Part shown: positions 52,145 to 64,000 of the stretch, one piece after another | How positions within the stretch are numbered: position 1 is the first letter of the stretch | How the letters are laid out: each line of letters starts with the position of its first letter | Source: Felis catus | Taxonomy: Eukaryota | DNA: 64,000 bases | NCBI RefSeq assembly: GCF_018350175.1 | Contig: NC_058374.1 | Location: 8,122,001-8,186,000, forward strand | Reading direction: 5' to 3' | The notes under the pieces: model-generated | Told to the model about the DNA's origin: nothing | The model's input: only the letters and a program-made list of their open reading frames with translations | Database searches by the model: none | Made by a program: the position numbers and the translations under genes

Positions 52145-52387
52145 GCTTTAGATTTACTGAGCTCTTACCCTGGGCCAGGCATGCTACGTGTGTCAACTCC
52201 GTCAACCCCACGGCAAGTCTTGCAGGTACATAGTGTCGTCAGCCCCACTTTTAAGATAAGGGTGCTGGGGCTTAGAGAGGGGGCACGCTTGCTCAATATC
52301 GAGTTTACGCAGCTACTGATCAGGGAAGCAGGGACGAAAACAGACCTTTGACCAGCCTCTTTACTCGTGGGCACCTTGACGATCATT
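52145..52387 (-). mobile_element. MIR SINE, near full length
   Basis: atttactgagctcttaccctgggccaggca...ccccacttttaagataagggtgctggggcttagagagg. Confidence 0.75.
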
Positions 52388-54825
52388 TACTGCTTTCCTG
52401 AGCTCCTGGAGCTGGAAGGGATCTCAGCAGTCACCTTTTCACAAGTGTTTATTTCATGGAAGGGACAATCGAGAATCAGACCTATGGAACAATTGGCTGA
52501 AGGAAATAGAATCAGTTAATGCCCATGGTCAGTGCCCTGGCATCCTGGCCACAGCATGGTATTCACGGGATTGAGGTGGGTTCCAGCTGGGGGAAGGGTG
52601 TTTCTGACCACTGGGCAGTTTCTTTCAGGGGCACTATTTTATACTAGTCCCTAAACATCATTCCCTATATCATTTTCTCTGGTCATCCTGGATGACGCAC
52701 ACAAACATTCTGCTATTTCACTTACTTTTTTCACGTGGTAACAATTCACCCAGGAAGAGTGCAGTTCTAGACTCGGCGACGATAAGATCCAATTCTGAGA
52801 AACTGAAGGCAGCATCTGAAAGCCAAAACTCCAATCCCACATGAGTCACGAGATGGACTCCTGACTGTCCAGTTGCGAATGCTAACATACTGGGCATGGG
52901 CAGGAACATATCAACTACAAGAGAAACTGGCCTGAAAACCACATCCCTAACCATGAGGAGGAAACCTTTTTTTAGCGATAACTAGATAAAAGACAGCAAG
53001 CACTTTAACCTTAGCTCTGGTGAGAGAGATCCGGGTGAAGGGTCTTCATTATCTGCATGACTATGGAATTCTTCTATTTTCTATCCATTTTTCAATCAAC
53101 AGAAGCTCCTCGTATTGAAGAGCAGAGTAAGACACAAAGGCAAAGGAACCAGGCAGTAAGGGAAAAATTTAAGGTCACAAGGTGAACCAGTCTCAGAAGC
53201 CAAGAAAAGAATTCCAAAGGAATCATCTGCAAGAAACAATGGATTCTGTCTTCTCCAATGTTCCGAATGGGCAAGCCCATGTTGGGCAATCTCACTGCTT
53301 TCTTCTTGAACTCCTTGTTCTCTGTCTTTGTGTCTCACCCTTTTACCTCTTACACAACATATTTCTTTAACCTCATACTTGCATTGAAGAGTAGGGGAAA
53401 GGCCCACAAAATGTATGGCTCAAAACTCTTGCCACTAGAGTATCAGAAGGATGGCCAAATATTCCCACTGGCTGGGCATCCCATCCAGTGGGCACTGCTT
53501 AATGCAGCAGTTGAATTTCCTGAGTACCCCGTGCAGGCACAGCCTTCTCTTCGCATCTAAACAAGCCTTTAAAGAGTGTCCCCAGGTTTTCCTGTGTTCC
53601 GGAATTTCTTGCCTCACTGTGTCACTTTTTAGAAGTGACCAAAAAAAAGCACCTGTTCTCTTACCGGCTTTACGTGTGTTTCTAACCAGACCTGTGTGTT
53701 TGGAGGCATTTCAGGAGCAGTTAAACTTTTTTTTTCTTTCAAATGTAGAGAAAGAAACATCCCCGATTAGTTCACTTCTTGTGTAAGGCTTCGTTTGCAA
53801 GGGTTAGAAACGTTTTGTAGTTGGAAGAGACTGTAATCAGCCAAATGTGTATCATGTTCCCAGTGATGTCAGTTCCGTGATTTTTAACAAAGAAAAACCA
53901 TCTGGGGTTGATGAATATGTTTGCCAATAATTAAAATAACATTGGCTTTATGGACCCATTTATTTGACTTATCAGAAAATTTGGTAGGTGAAGAGAAAAC
54001 CTCCAATATTATAAACTTCAGCATCACTTAAAGAAAGTGCCAGAAGAGTCACATGTAAAGCCCTGGTTTATGATGTTTTGTCTCTTCCAGCGCTCAGATC
54101 ACTGTTACAGGTTTGGCACAAAGTAATGCATTAGACCTTTCACGTCCCTCGGGTACCAAATGCAACCTCCCATTTTGAATATTTGATGGTGCGTTGGTTT
54201 TTAAAAACCTACCACACATGTGTTTTCCCCCATGATAGTTTATCAATTCCATTATCATTCAGCTAAGTAGAGTGGCCTAGAGTTGCCTCAGCTTCCTGAG
54301 GAATTAAAGATAACCATCATCAATAAATATTTATTGAGCACCCTCTTTATGGTTAAGAGAATGTGCCAGCCACTGTGTGCAAAATTGGATTACAACTCCA
54401 CAGCCACTGCCCATAGGGGCTTGCAATCTAATTACAGATGACCAGATGAGATAACACAGATGACAAGCTCTAGCCAGGCAACCACATATTGTCCACCTAA
54501 GAGAGAGAGAGGGAGAGAGAGAGAAAACCTGGTGCACTTTATTTGGTTAAAAAGATGACCCTCCCCACTTCTTCTGTTTCTATCCTTTGCGTTATTTTGA
54601 CCCGAGTTTAGGAAAATCACTTTGATTTGGGTAAATGTTGATATCAATGAGGTCTTATCCAGGAATGATTAAATCATAGACACACATCATCATTTTTCTT
54701 GTCTTCTCCCTCTTTCTCTTCTTCTTCTTCGGGCATCAGTCAACGCTGGGTGAGACAGGCACAGGTAATCTCCAAGGAATAGCCTCTTTAGAAGCAACAA
54801 CATTTAGGGCCTTTGATACGTTTTG

Positions 54826-55055
54826 CTGTTTGTTTGTCTTTGGGGTTTTTTGTTTGCTTATTTTAGAGAGATAGAGATAGAGAGAGAGAGAGCACAAGAG
54901 AGGGAGAGGGGCAGAGGCAAAGAGAGAGAATCTTAAGCAGGAGCCCAATGCACAGCATGGAGCCCGATGAGGGATTCAGTCCTACAATCGTGGGATCATG
55001 ATCTGAGCTGAAATCAAGAGTCAGACACTCAACCAATGGAACACCCAGGTGCCCC
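54826..55055 (-). mobile_element. Can-SINE (older subfamily)
   Basis: gagaatcttaagcagg body; flanking repeat ggcctttgatacgttttg / ggcctttgatatgttctg. Confidence 0.92.
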
Positions 55056-58000
55056 AAATATGATTTTTTAAAAGGCCTTTGATATGTTCTGGTTCACCAA
55101 GGAAGTAGGGAGGGTCAGCCGAGAAACAGAACGATGAACAGGGGTTAACAAATACCCACTTGTGTTTTAGGAGAATCTCTGCTTTGTATACTCAGTGATC
55201 ACAGTGGTTTTGAGACAGTTTTGTTGCTACCCCTATTTGTTGCCAACTGGTATAAAAACCCAAAAGCAGAGACACCCCTAGACTGACGTCTGACTGGAGT
55301 TGAAAAGATGTCACCATAATTTCAAGATAAATAAGACTTAAGACTTTAAGAAGGAATGACTGGAGAAATTGGAGGAGAGAGAGAAAGAGAAAGAGAGAGG
55401 CCAAACAGGCTTTCTGAAAGGACTTGTTCCTGATGTGGGCTCAGTGTGCTTCTGAAGAGTCTGCGGGTAAACACAGGGGCAGAAGGCTCTGCTCGTCATG
55501 ACAGTGTCTTTTTGGCTTCTGACAGGGACTTCATGAAGTGTAAGAGCCACTGCAGGTGTATTATCCCCAGTGACTGATGATATCCATCCATCCATGAAGA
55601 CACTGTTAATGAAAGTGATCTCAGAGGGAGGAAAGGAAGGCCAGCCAGTACCCGGTGGCAGGAATCACAAAATTGGAGGTCTCCGCCTCAGAAGAAGCAG
55701 AGATGACAGAGGCAGCAGGTAAGCAAGACCAGTCAGGAGAAGTAGGAAGAGCCTAACATTCCTCCAGTGAAAAGGAAATGCAATCGTATGATGATGTGTG
55801 GTCATATACACTGTGCGAGTGTAGGACCCAGTCATCCAAAGAAAGAGAGTGCAAGGGCCAGTGAGATATTTGGGGGGCAGGTCAAGAGAGTGCCAACAAC
55901 TTTGCATACATCATCTCATGTAACACTCACATTTAGAGAAATTAAGTGTTTGGCTCAAGTTCCCTACAGTTTTGTAAACATGGGAGCCAAGACTCAAGCT
56001 CAGCTCTGTTTGACTGCGTACCTTGTAGAATACTAACATGGATGAAATCCCCACTGCGTGTGGAGCTCTGAGTCAAGACCTGTGAATTCTTTCTTCGCTA
56101 AATCTCTAGATGGCCCTCTTTCTCGTAGTGACTGTCACCCCCAATGTAGGAAACGGGCTGAGGGAAAAAGGAAGCAGTTTCATTACCAGGAATGGGGTTT
56201 CTGGAACACAGCCCAGTAGTTCCCACCGTGCACTCTGGTCTGGTGGGGAAGTCAGACCTCTGGTCGATGTAAAAGCAACGATAGACCTCAGTAATGGGGG
56301 AACCCCATGGATGTGAGTGAAGACAGTCTCTGGTATCAGTCTCAGGCCATGCTCTGACTCTTTTGGGGGGAGATCTTATGTTATTCTAATTCAGTTTCTG
56401 GAGTCCAGAGAACGACCCTGCCTTCAGTGTCCCATGGGGATGGTGGTGAAGAGAATAACATGGAGAATAAGCTCTTCCATTCAAGGCAGCAGGGTGTTAA
56501 TAGATCCCAGGCTGCTCTCTCCAGAATCACCAAAATAGCTCTTCCAATAAAGAGAAGAGGGGCAGAAGACCCCACCATCGCACTAGGATTGAATATAGAA
56601 GAGCTTCTGGACTTAGGGTCCCAAGAACTCCTATTCCTGGAAGGGACTTGGCTTCAAACTAGAAGCATCTCGAGACCTCTATAACGACTTATAAGTGACT
56701 GAACCAACTGGGGACTCTGGTATTTTTGCTTCTCGTATTTTGAGGGCAATTCTCTGGGAGAAGGTAAGAAAGTAAATAGAACATTCTAGTAAGAGTTAAC
56801 TAAAATAAAAAGGACTATGTGTAGTTAATTTCAATTTAGATTCATAGGGGTATATTATTATACATTGGTGTTCTAGGATGCTCAGCAAGAACATTTAATT
56901 TTCAAACGAATTTAAAAGCTTCCCCTCCCCAATGTTTTATATAAAGCAGTTTAAAAAAAACTAATTCATTTAGCCATAACGTGCGCATATATATTCTTTA
57001 ACATAATTGTGTATATATGCCACACAGCTATCCATTTATAGAATTAATTACGTATAGTTTTACAGATTTAGGTAATACAAATACAATATCTATAAAGACT
57101 TATTAATATTAAACACTCACATCTGTGTATAGCATTACTATTGAAATGACTGCGAAAGAAAACATTAGATGCCTTGTTTTCTGTTTATGCGCTGTTATAA
57201 ATCGAGGAGTCCCATTTTAAAGATTTGTTTGCTTTGAAATCCTCGGGAACGTTATCAATTACTATAGTGCCTTGGTTTCCTTGATAAAGAATGACGCCAT
57301 TTAAAGAAATACTGGGTCATTATAGCCTAATGACAAGCATAATTAGGAATGTCTGTCTCCAAATTTCACAAGAATAGAGAAAAAGTTGTTCGGCTGAACC
57401 ACGTCATGCTACCCCATGGAGTAATTTAAGCCCAGGCTGAATTGGGACAGGGACAGGTGTAATTGGGCTGGTGTCTGCTCCTTCCAGCCTTGCAATTACC
57501 ATAATAAGATCGGCTACGGAGAGGTCAGAAGCTAACGGCCAGTTTGGCTGTAGCCTTCTAAGACTGTCATCGGTCGGAGAACAAGGCGTCCATTCGGTCA
57601 GAAGGCAAAGCTAAATAGATGCCATAATTGGCCCTAGTGACAGCGATGTCTGCCGGAGGACAACGGAAACAGGCAGCAGCATTGAAAGATGAGGAGCAAA
57701 GATGCAGTAATGTGGGATGAATGACCTCAGTGAATTTATAATTATATCATAAATAGGCTGGGGGGGGCGGGTGACTATTTGAAAAACATCGTGCGTTTAC
57801 TGCAAGTTCACTTAAAATAAATCTAAACACACGGCCGTTACCAGTTCTCTTGATTTGTCCAAAGTGTCCAGGTCACCGTGCACCTCTCTGTGGAAGAGGA
57901 AGCTGTCCTAGTCAATCTGCAAAGTGTCTAGGAATAATGACGTCTCCTGACAGACTGCTCTAGGAAAGTGTACTTTCGAATGGGATTCAAGAGGAGGAGT

Positions 58001-58374
58001 CCCTTCAAGCACAGACTGTTCCATTTCTTCTGAGAGCAAATGTCGTTGACACTCGGGTTCAGGGCTGATCCATTCTCTAGGTACACATATTACGTTCAAG
58101 GATGGGATCACGCAACCCTAACGCTCATTCTGTCTGCTTTGGAACTGCAGGAATCTTTCGAGAGTCTGAAATAAGAGCCCACCAATACCTCTTGCTGTCT
58201 CCACCATTTTCCCTGTAGGTCTGTGTACATCTGTTCCCTGGGGCTCAGTCCCTCGTGTGAATTAAAAGCTTAAAGAATTTCTTACTGGTGCTTCTCTGCC
58301 ATCCTTTCCCACTGAGCATGGGTTCCAATTCAACAAGAACTTTCTTCAAGGTGCTCCTTTTTTGATAACTTTCT

Positions 58375-58591
58375 TTTGTTTTGTTTTTCTTTAGAGTTTA
58401 TTTATTTATTTTGAGAGAGAGAGAGAGCACATGAGTGGGGAAGGGCAGAGAGAGGGAAAGAGAATCCTAAGCGGACCCCACGCTGTCAGCATGGAGCCAG
58501 ACCTGGGGCTCAAACCCATGAACTGTGACATCACGACCTGAGCCGGGATCAAGAGTCAGACACTAAATCGACTGAGCCACCCAGGTGTCCC
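58375..58591 (-). mobile_element. Can-SINE (SINEC_Fc2-like)
   Basis: Antisense body; TSD taactttct (58366-58374 / 58593-58601). Confidence 0.94.
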
Positions 58592-58989
58592 GTAACTTTC
58601 TAATGCTGAACAATAGTTGCAGCTCAGTGACAATCTTCTACAGTGCACTCTTGTGGCATTCCTAGGAGTAATGGAGAGTAATGTAGTACTGTGCTTTGGA
58701 GGCAAAGTACCTCATGTACTTGAAAAAAAGGAAATTGGGCAGAGAAGGTAGGGGCTCTAGCCATTGGCCTCTTGAACATGGAAATGGCTTCATCTCCTAT
58801 ATCATGCACGCTCTGTCCCCCTACACATTTTATATATGCATTACTTGACTAGCCACTGAAGAAATGACTGTTGAATGGAATAATGAATAACATAAAGAGA
58901 TCTCTAAGTGCAGAAGGACTCTTGTGCATTAGCACTGGGTGACCATTGCTGACTGTTGCTAAAATCTTTTCTGGAAAATTCCATTTCCT

Positions 58990-59080
58990 TATCTATCTGT
59001 GTATCTATGTATCTGTGTATCTATGTATCTATCAATGTATCAATGTATCTATCTATCTATCTATCTTTCTATTGTCTATC
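58990..59080. repeat. Compound (TATC)n/(TATG)n microsatellite
   Basis: tatctatctgtgtatctatgtatctgtgtatctatg...tatctatctatctatc. Confidence 0.9.
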
Positions 59081-59417
59081 ATAAATTTAAAAGAATACAA
59101 AAGAAGCACTTAGGCCACCCAGGTGCACAGATGCATAGGAGTGTGTATGGAAGTGAGAGAGAGAAAAGATATGCCTGATATGAGTTGGGATTTCTGGAAG
59201 AATTGAAAACTTGAAAGTAGGCACAAAGTCAAATCGTTAGGAAAACGGGAAGATGAGAAGTGGTGGAAGATGATGTTGAAAAAGATAGAAAGTAGTTGTG
59301 TATGTCAATGGATTGAAATGGTAACCAAACACTTCACTTACAAGATGCTACTTGATGATTTAAAGATGGGAATATCCGATCAGATCTACGTTTTTGGTAG
59401 GTAACTCTGGTGTACCA

Positions 59418-59604
59418 TTGCCAGACTCAGGAAAAAAGAGAAAAAAAAAAAAGAAACCCACGAAACAGGAACCTTAGTTAATTCTGAATTGCAGATAACA
59501 AGGAATAATACTTCGGCACAAAACATACTTACTCTAAAACATTGTTTGTTCTTTATCTGAAATTCAAATTTAGTTGGGCTTCCATCATTTTAGTTTATAA
59601 CCCC
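59418..59604. mobile_element. MER53-like palindromic hAT MITE
   Basis: Inverted arms agttaattctgaattgcagataa (59476-59498) and ttatctgaaattcaaatttagtt (59553-59575); ttgccaga end. Confidence 0.7.
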
Positions 59605-60926
59605 ATTCTGGTGACAGTGTGGATGATGGGTTTGTAGTCAAGGAAACCAGTTAGGTGGGCAATGAGTGGCTTGAACTGGGGTGGGGCCTTAGGAATACAA
59701 GAGGAAGCTGAAGCGACTTCCCAAAGGACCCAGCGAGGGAGAACCAGATTTGATCCCAGGTCTCTCAACTTGAAACCCATGCTTTTATCCCCATCAGTCC
59801 ACTCCCCCATTAACTGTAGCAATCACCCCCTGTTTCCTCATTACATTTGCAGAGTTGAATTGATCTAAATATTATATCATTATGATTATGCAAAACCACA
59901 CCAGTGGATACCAACCAACTTCAAGGACTGGCTGTTCCCACATAAGGGTATCCCTTCTGGATCGATGGTCACCCCTTGCTCCATGCCGACCTGGGGTTAC
60001 TTCTCTTAGCAATTGTGCTATAGGCATAGTAGATTTTGTAAGGGGCCTGCTTAGCCCGGGAACAAATTTGAGGAAGTTGGAAGGATTCAAGGGAGATGAT
60101 TCACTGTGGTTTTCTCTTCCCTCCATTGCTAATGCAGAAAATCCTCATTGAGCTACTCTTTTTAAAAAGTCTTTATTTGCCTGTAGTCGACACACAGTGC
60201 TATGTTAGTGTCTCGTGGGCAGCAGAGCGATTCATCTTTTCTATATGTTTTGTTATGCTCATCACAAATATGATGGCCCATTTAGCTTTCACATCTACCA
60301 TAGGAGGTAGGTTTTATTATTATCTTTAATTTATAGAGGGGAAACCAGAAACACAGGTAATTTCCCCAGGCAAGTCAATTGGGGAGCTGAAGAGTGGGGT
60401 GGTTAATGAAACATCTGATGAGTATGTATCCCCAGAGTGTTTGGGTGTCTGAAGATGGAACTGAGAAATGTTTAGGATCATTAAAAGTAATCTCTAAACT
60501 TTAAAGTAATTACGGGAACAGATCGCAAAAGTATGGAGATGCAGATACAGCTTGGGAAAGAATTTCTTATTAGCTGTGTGAGCTTGAGAAGTTGACTTAA
60601 ACACAGCGGTTGTAAAATGGGAAAAATCCTCCTGCGCTGGCTTTTTAGGAGGAGGGCATGTTTTTTATAAACTCAAAGAGTCTTCATAAATCTTGCTATG
60701 CACACAGTTTGGGGCTGATATTTTTAACTCAATGGTGATTTTCTGCATATAAGCCAAATAGCATCATCACAATTTGAAATATTTAGTTCTATTGAATATT
60801 CAGTTATTACAAGGTAATTAAGATGATTTGCGATGAAGTGATTCAGTAAAAAGATTTTATTAGATAGCATTTTATTACATAACATTTTTAGCCCAAGTTT
60901 TTGTTTTTTTTTTTTCTAATATACTT

Positions 60927-60932
60927 TTTATT
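60927..60932 (-). other. Candidate polyadenylation signal AATAAA
   Basis: Minus strand reads gtaataaaaagtatattag followed by A12 (60915-60904). Confidence 0.3.
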
Positions 60933-62444
60933 ACACTTTTTACAAAGTGGAACTTGTCTTCAGGTTCGTCTCCCTTGGACTGCATCCAAATGGATTTAGT
61001 TCTTGAGTACAAAAAATGATGTCATTAAAGGTACTCGTCACCACCTGAGGTGTCCCTCGCCATTCAGCCGGGACCGGATAATATAAAGCCGTCAGTGTTA
61101 TGTAGTCTTAATGTCACCCTTCTTGTTAATAAGAGATATTAACTAGATCAATGTAATGGATTCCACAAAAATAATCAGATTAAAGATACATGTACGTGGA
61201 ATGACCAGATTGGCCGGACTATATGTACATTGATTAACCAACTCATCCAATTCAGCTAGACTACTGATGCTCCCAGCTTTTGAGCAATGCAGTAACGTAA
61301 CAGAAACTAAAGCCAGTTACGGTGAAAATACAGAAAACTTAAATCTTATTTCAAGTATCTTTACCTCTCCACACCTCTTTTGTATTTTAAAACCCTAATG
61401 ACTCAAAAATTCCTCAATAAATGCATGCTCTGTTTTGTTTTGGTTTTGTTTTTAAGTAACTACAAATGCTTCTGTGAGTTAGGAGAACGAAATACGACTT
61501 CTTTAAAAAGAAAACCTTTCCTTTTTGTTCTCTGGGAAGAGTACATTTGCTTTAAAGCAAGATTTTATAGCAAGTGAAGAGAGGGACTAAGTCCTTGTAT
61601 CAGTTTGTCTGCAAGTTCACGAAGAGTCAAAGAAATCAAAGAAATGCAGACACCACAAGGTTGTTTTATGACGTCTGAAAGTTAAACTGCAGAGCTTAGG
61701 GCTGGAGGCTGGCAGATGTGTATTTTTTTCAGCTTGCTTACAAATACAGGTAATTTAATAAGACAGTTTGTTTCTAGTTTTTCTGGACCATCCAGCCCCT
61801 CTCCCTTCCCTTCTGTTCCCTGTACAAATTCAGAGGCCAGCCCCGGGTCAAATTTGGAGGACAAGTCTCTGTAATATAAATATGCAATGCTGTTCAGTGT
61901 TAAGAATGGAGTGTGAGATCCATGATCCTGCCCTGTGGCTTTTTATTTCTTCATTTTTGGAGAGAATGTTGATTGAAGTCTTTAAAAGCATTTTAGGTTG
62001 GCGTGCTTTCAATTTCTCAGCCCAGGTGGCAATTATCTGGAGAAAAGTAGTTGATTGCCTCAATATAAGACTTTCATCTGGGTTTGCCAAGGCATTTTTA
62101 TTAAAAATGAATTAATTAACTTTACTAAAGTTATAGACAGAATAGAATTTTTATGGTGCTTAATGGATGGGTTATGCTCTGCAAGTGGGAAACGAAATGG
62201 CATAATCCAGGGATGTGGTAGGGTCATCAACAGTAGTGTCCAGGAGTCCAGAACGGATGTTCCAATCACCAGCTTGAAGATTTGAAGACCAGTTAAAGAC
62301 AAAGACAGACTGAAAGAAGTCATATGAATAATTTAATTACCATCACCCCTCTCTCCCCATTTGTATGGCCCAAAACTATATAAGGAAACTTGCTCTACCT
62401 TTAGACTTAGATGTCTAAACCCCACAATAAATCTACATTGACGA

Positions 62445-62642
62445 GGGGCACCCAAGTGGCTCAGTTGGTGAAACATCTGACTCTTGATTTTGGCTCAAGT
62501 CATGATCTCATGGTTCATGGGATTGAGCCCCGAGCTGGGCTGTGTGCTTACAGTGTGGAGCCTGCTTGGGATTCTCTTTCTGTCCCTCTCCTGTTCTCTC
62601 CCTCTCTCTCTCTCTCTCAAAATAAATAAAAAAACATTAAAA
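62445..62642 (+). mobile_element. Can-SINE (SINEC_Fc2-like)
   Basis: TSD aaatctacattgacga / aaatctatattggtga. Confidence 0.95.
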
Positions 62643-63025
62643 AAATCTATATTGGTGAAATCTGGATGTAACTCTGTGTTTTTCCAAATTGCTGTAATCT
62701 GTGTTACGTTCCATAAATTTGTTCTGAGTATTCATATGTTTTGATAAATTCTTCAGTAGCTATGGATGGACTATTGTTGTGGATATTTAAAAAGAAAGAC
62801 TACTTAGATTTTAAGCATTTTATGATGACTTTAAGAACTCATTTACCGTTCCTAACCAGGGACAGATCAAAATGAGTTTGCATTTTTGTACAGATATAAC
62901 TGACAGAAGGAAACTTGGCATGTTAGAAGATAAGGTTAAGATTAGAAACTAACGTTTAGATAACTAATAATGGATAAATTACTTAAGCCATTGTGGGAGG
63001 CATACGTTGACTCAATTTTTCTTGC

Positions 63026-63126
63026 CTTGCACTCCAGGATAGTAGGGGCAGTTCATGTCCACAGGCTGCTGTGTGGGATGCCATAAATTGCAGAACCTCT
63101 GCCACTGATTCATTTCTGTTTAATGT
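63026..63126 (-). other. Candidate internal exon of an unidentified transcript
   Basis: Strong acceptor catctcattttttctcattttcag|ACA; donor uncertain (GC-type AAG|gcaaga, or weaker GT sites at 63005 and 62982). Confidence 0.3.
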
Positions 63127-63290
63127 CTGAAAATGAGAAAAAATGAGATGGTGATGCTGAATGTAAAAAAAATCTTAAGGGAAATATATATTACTCGGGA
63201 AAATAATTTATAAATGGGAAACATGTGAAATGCTAAACATGTTTAATAGCAAAATTCAGTATCTCTTCTGGAAAGTTAAATATAATTATT

Positions 63291-63514
63291 TTTTTAATTA
63301 AAAAAATTTTTAAGTGCTTATTTTTGAGGGAGTGAGAGAGATAGAGCGCAAATGGGGGAGGAGCAGAGGGCAGGGGGAGACACAGAATCCAAAGCATGCT
63401 CCAGGCTCCGAGCTATCAGTCCAGAGCCCAGGGTGGGGCTTGAACCCATGAACTATGGGATCATGACCTGATCCGAAGTCGGATGCTCAACCGAGTGAAC
63501 CACCCAGGCATCCC
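63291..63514 (-). mobile_element. Can-SINE (SINEC)
   Basis: TSD aaagttaaatataattatt (63272-63290) / aaagttaagtataattatt (63516-63534). Confidence 0.95.
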
Positions 63515-64000
63515 AAAAGTTAAGTATAATTATTAATACATTCATTGTGAGGAAATACATTTGATGCATTACCATTGATATGAAGATTCTTCATCAGAAG
63601 GCAGTGGTCATTAGTAATCTATAGAAGGGTATGGATGGGGGCATTCTATTTCTCTTAAAGAGCCTTTGACAGTTCTCATCATTTGAAGGCCTAGTTATCA
63701 ACTGCCTTATGGAGACCACAAACTTACCAGTTTTTCTCCCAGCCTTTTACCATGGCCTGCAGACAAAGATCTTGCCTCTTGATCTGATTGTTTTTTTGAT
63801 TAACTGTTCAACGGGTCATGTTTCCTGGTTTCAATTTTAATAGAATTTTTATTATTTGTGGTTCATAACTTCCTTTAGAAATTTTAGTTTGGCCCTTAGT
63901 GCAGGCTAGCCATTAGGCAATTTGTCCCTTTATTTATGAACTTACCCCAAATAAATGTCAAATGGTATGTTCAGTGAAGACAATTTTTGGTCTTGTCAGC

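Noticed and set aside
8480-58220. Isolated strong plus-strand acceptors (8496, ~31106, 39494, 53102, 58218) and donors (16743, 56764)
   Set aside because: I could not chain them into exons with a coherent reading frame; such sites occur at background frequency.
60904-62030. Processed pseudogene ending at the A12 tract
   Set aside because: No convincing TSD and no recognisable parent coding sequence.
1-64000. CRISPR arrays, operons, prophage, rRNA, endogenous retroviral or other viral coding sequence
   Set aside because: None seen. The sequence is mammalian non-coding DNA and the only LTR found is a solo MaLR.

Overview
Mammalian genomic DNA from a felid (cat family), identified by its 19 carnivore tRNA-derived SINEs (Can-SINE/SINEC), two of which carry the young SINEC_Fc signature, and by carnivore L1 3' ends. 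I can support no protein-coding gene, RNA gene or prokaryotic feature. The ORF track is explained by chance ORFs, SINE antisense ORFs, N-runs and decayed L1 ORF2. The window looks intergenic or deep-intronic. 1-13.6 kb is SINE-free with old MIR/L2/MER repeats and candidate enhancer-like unique sequence. 21.6-30.6 kb is a nested stack of L1 elements with an MLT1 LTR and SINEs. 31.4-49.5 kb is again SINE-free. 60.9-64 kb holds a tentative minus-strand chain of splice signals and a poly(A) signal, possibly the 3' end of an unannotated transcript. The most notable patterns are (i) patchy AT-to-GC and CpG gain inside old repeats, suggesting GC-biased gene conversion, (ii) the candidate spliced transcript with one exon bracketed by inverted SINEs, and (iii) several atypical retro-insertion junctions. 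Repeat family names come from my recall of consensus sequences, not a database search, and old-repeat boundaries are approximate. I found no convincing evidence of a wholly new biological system.
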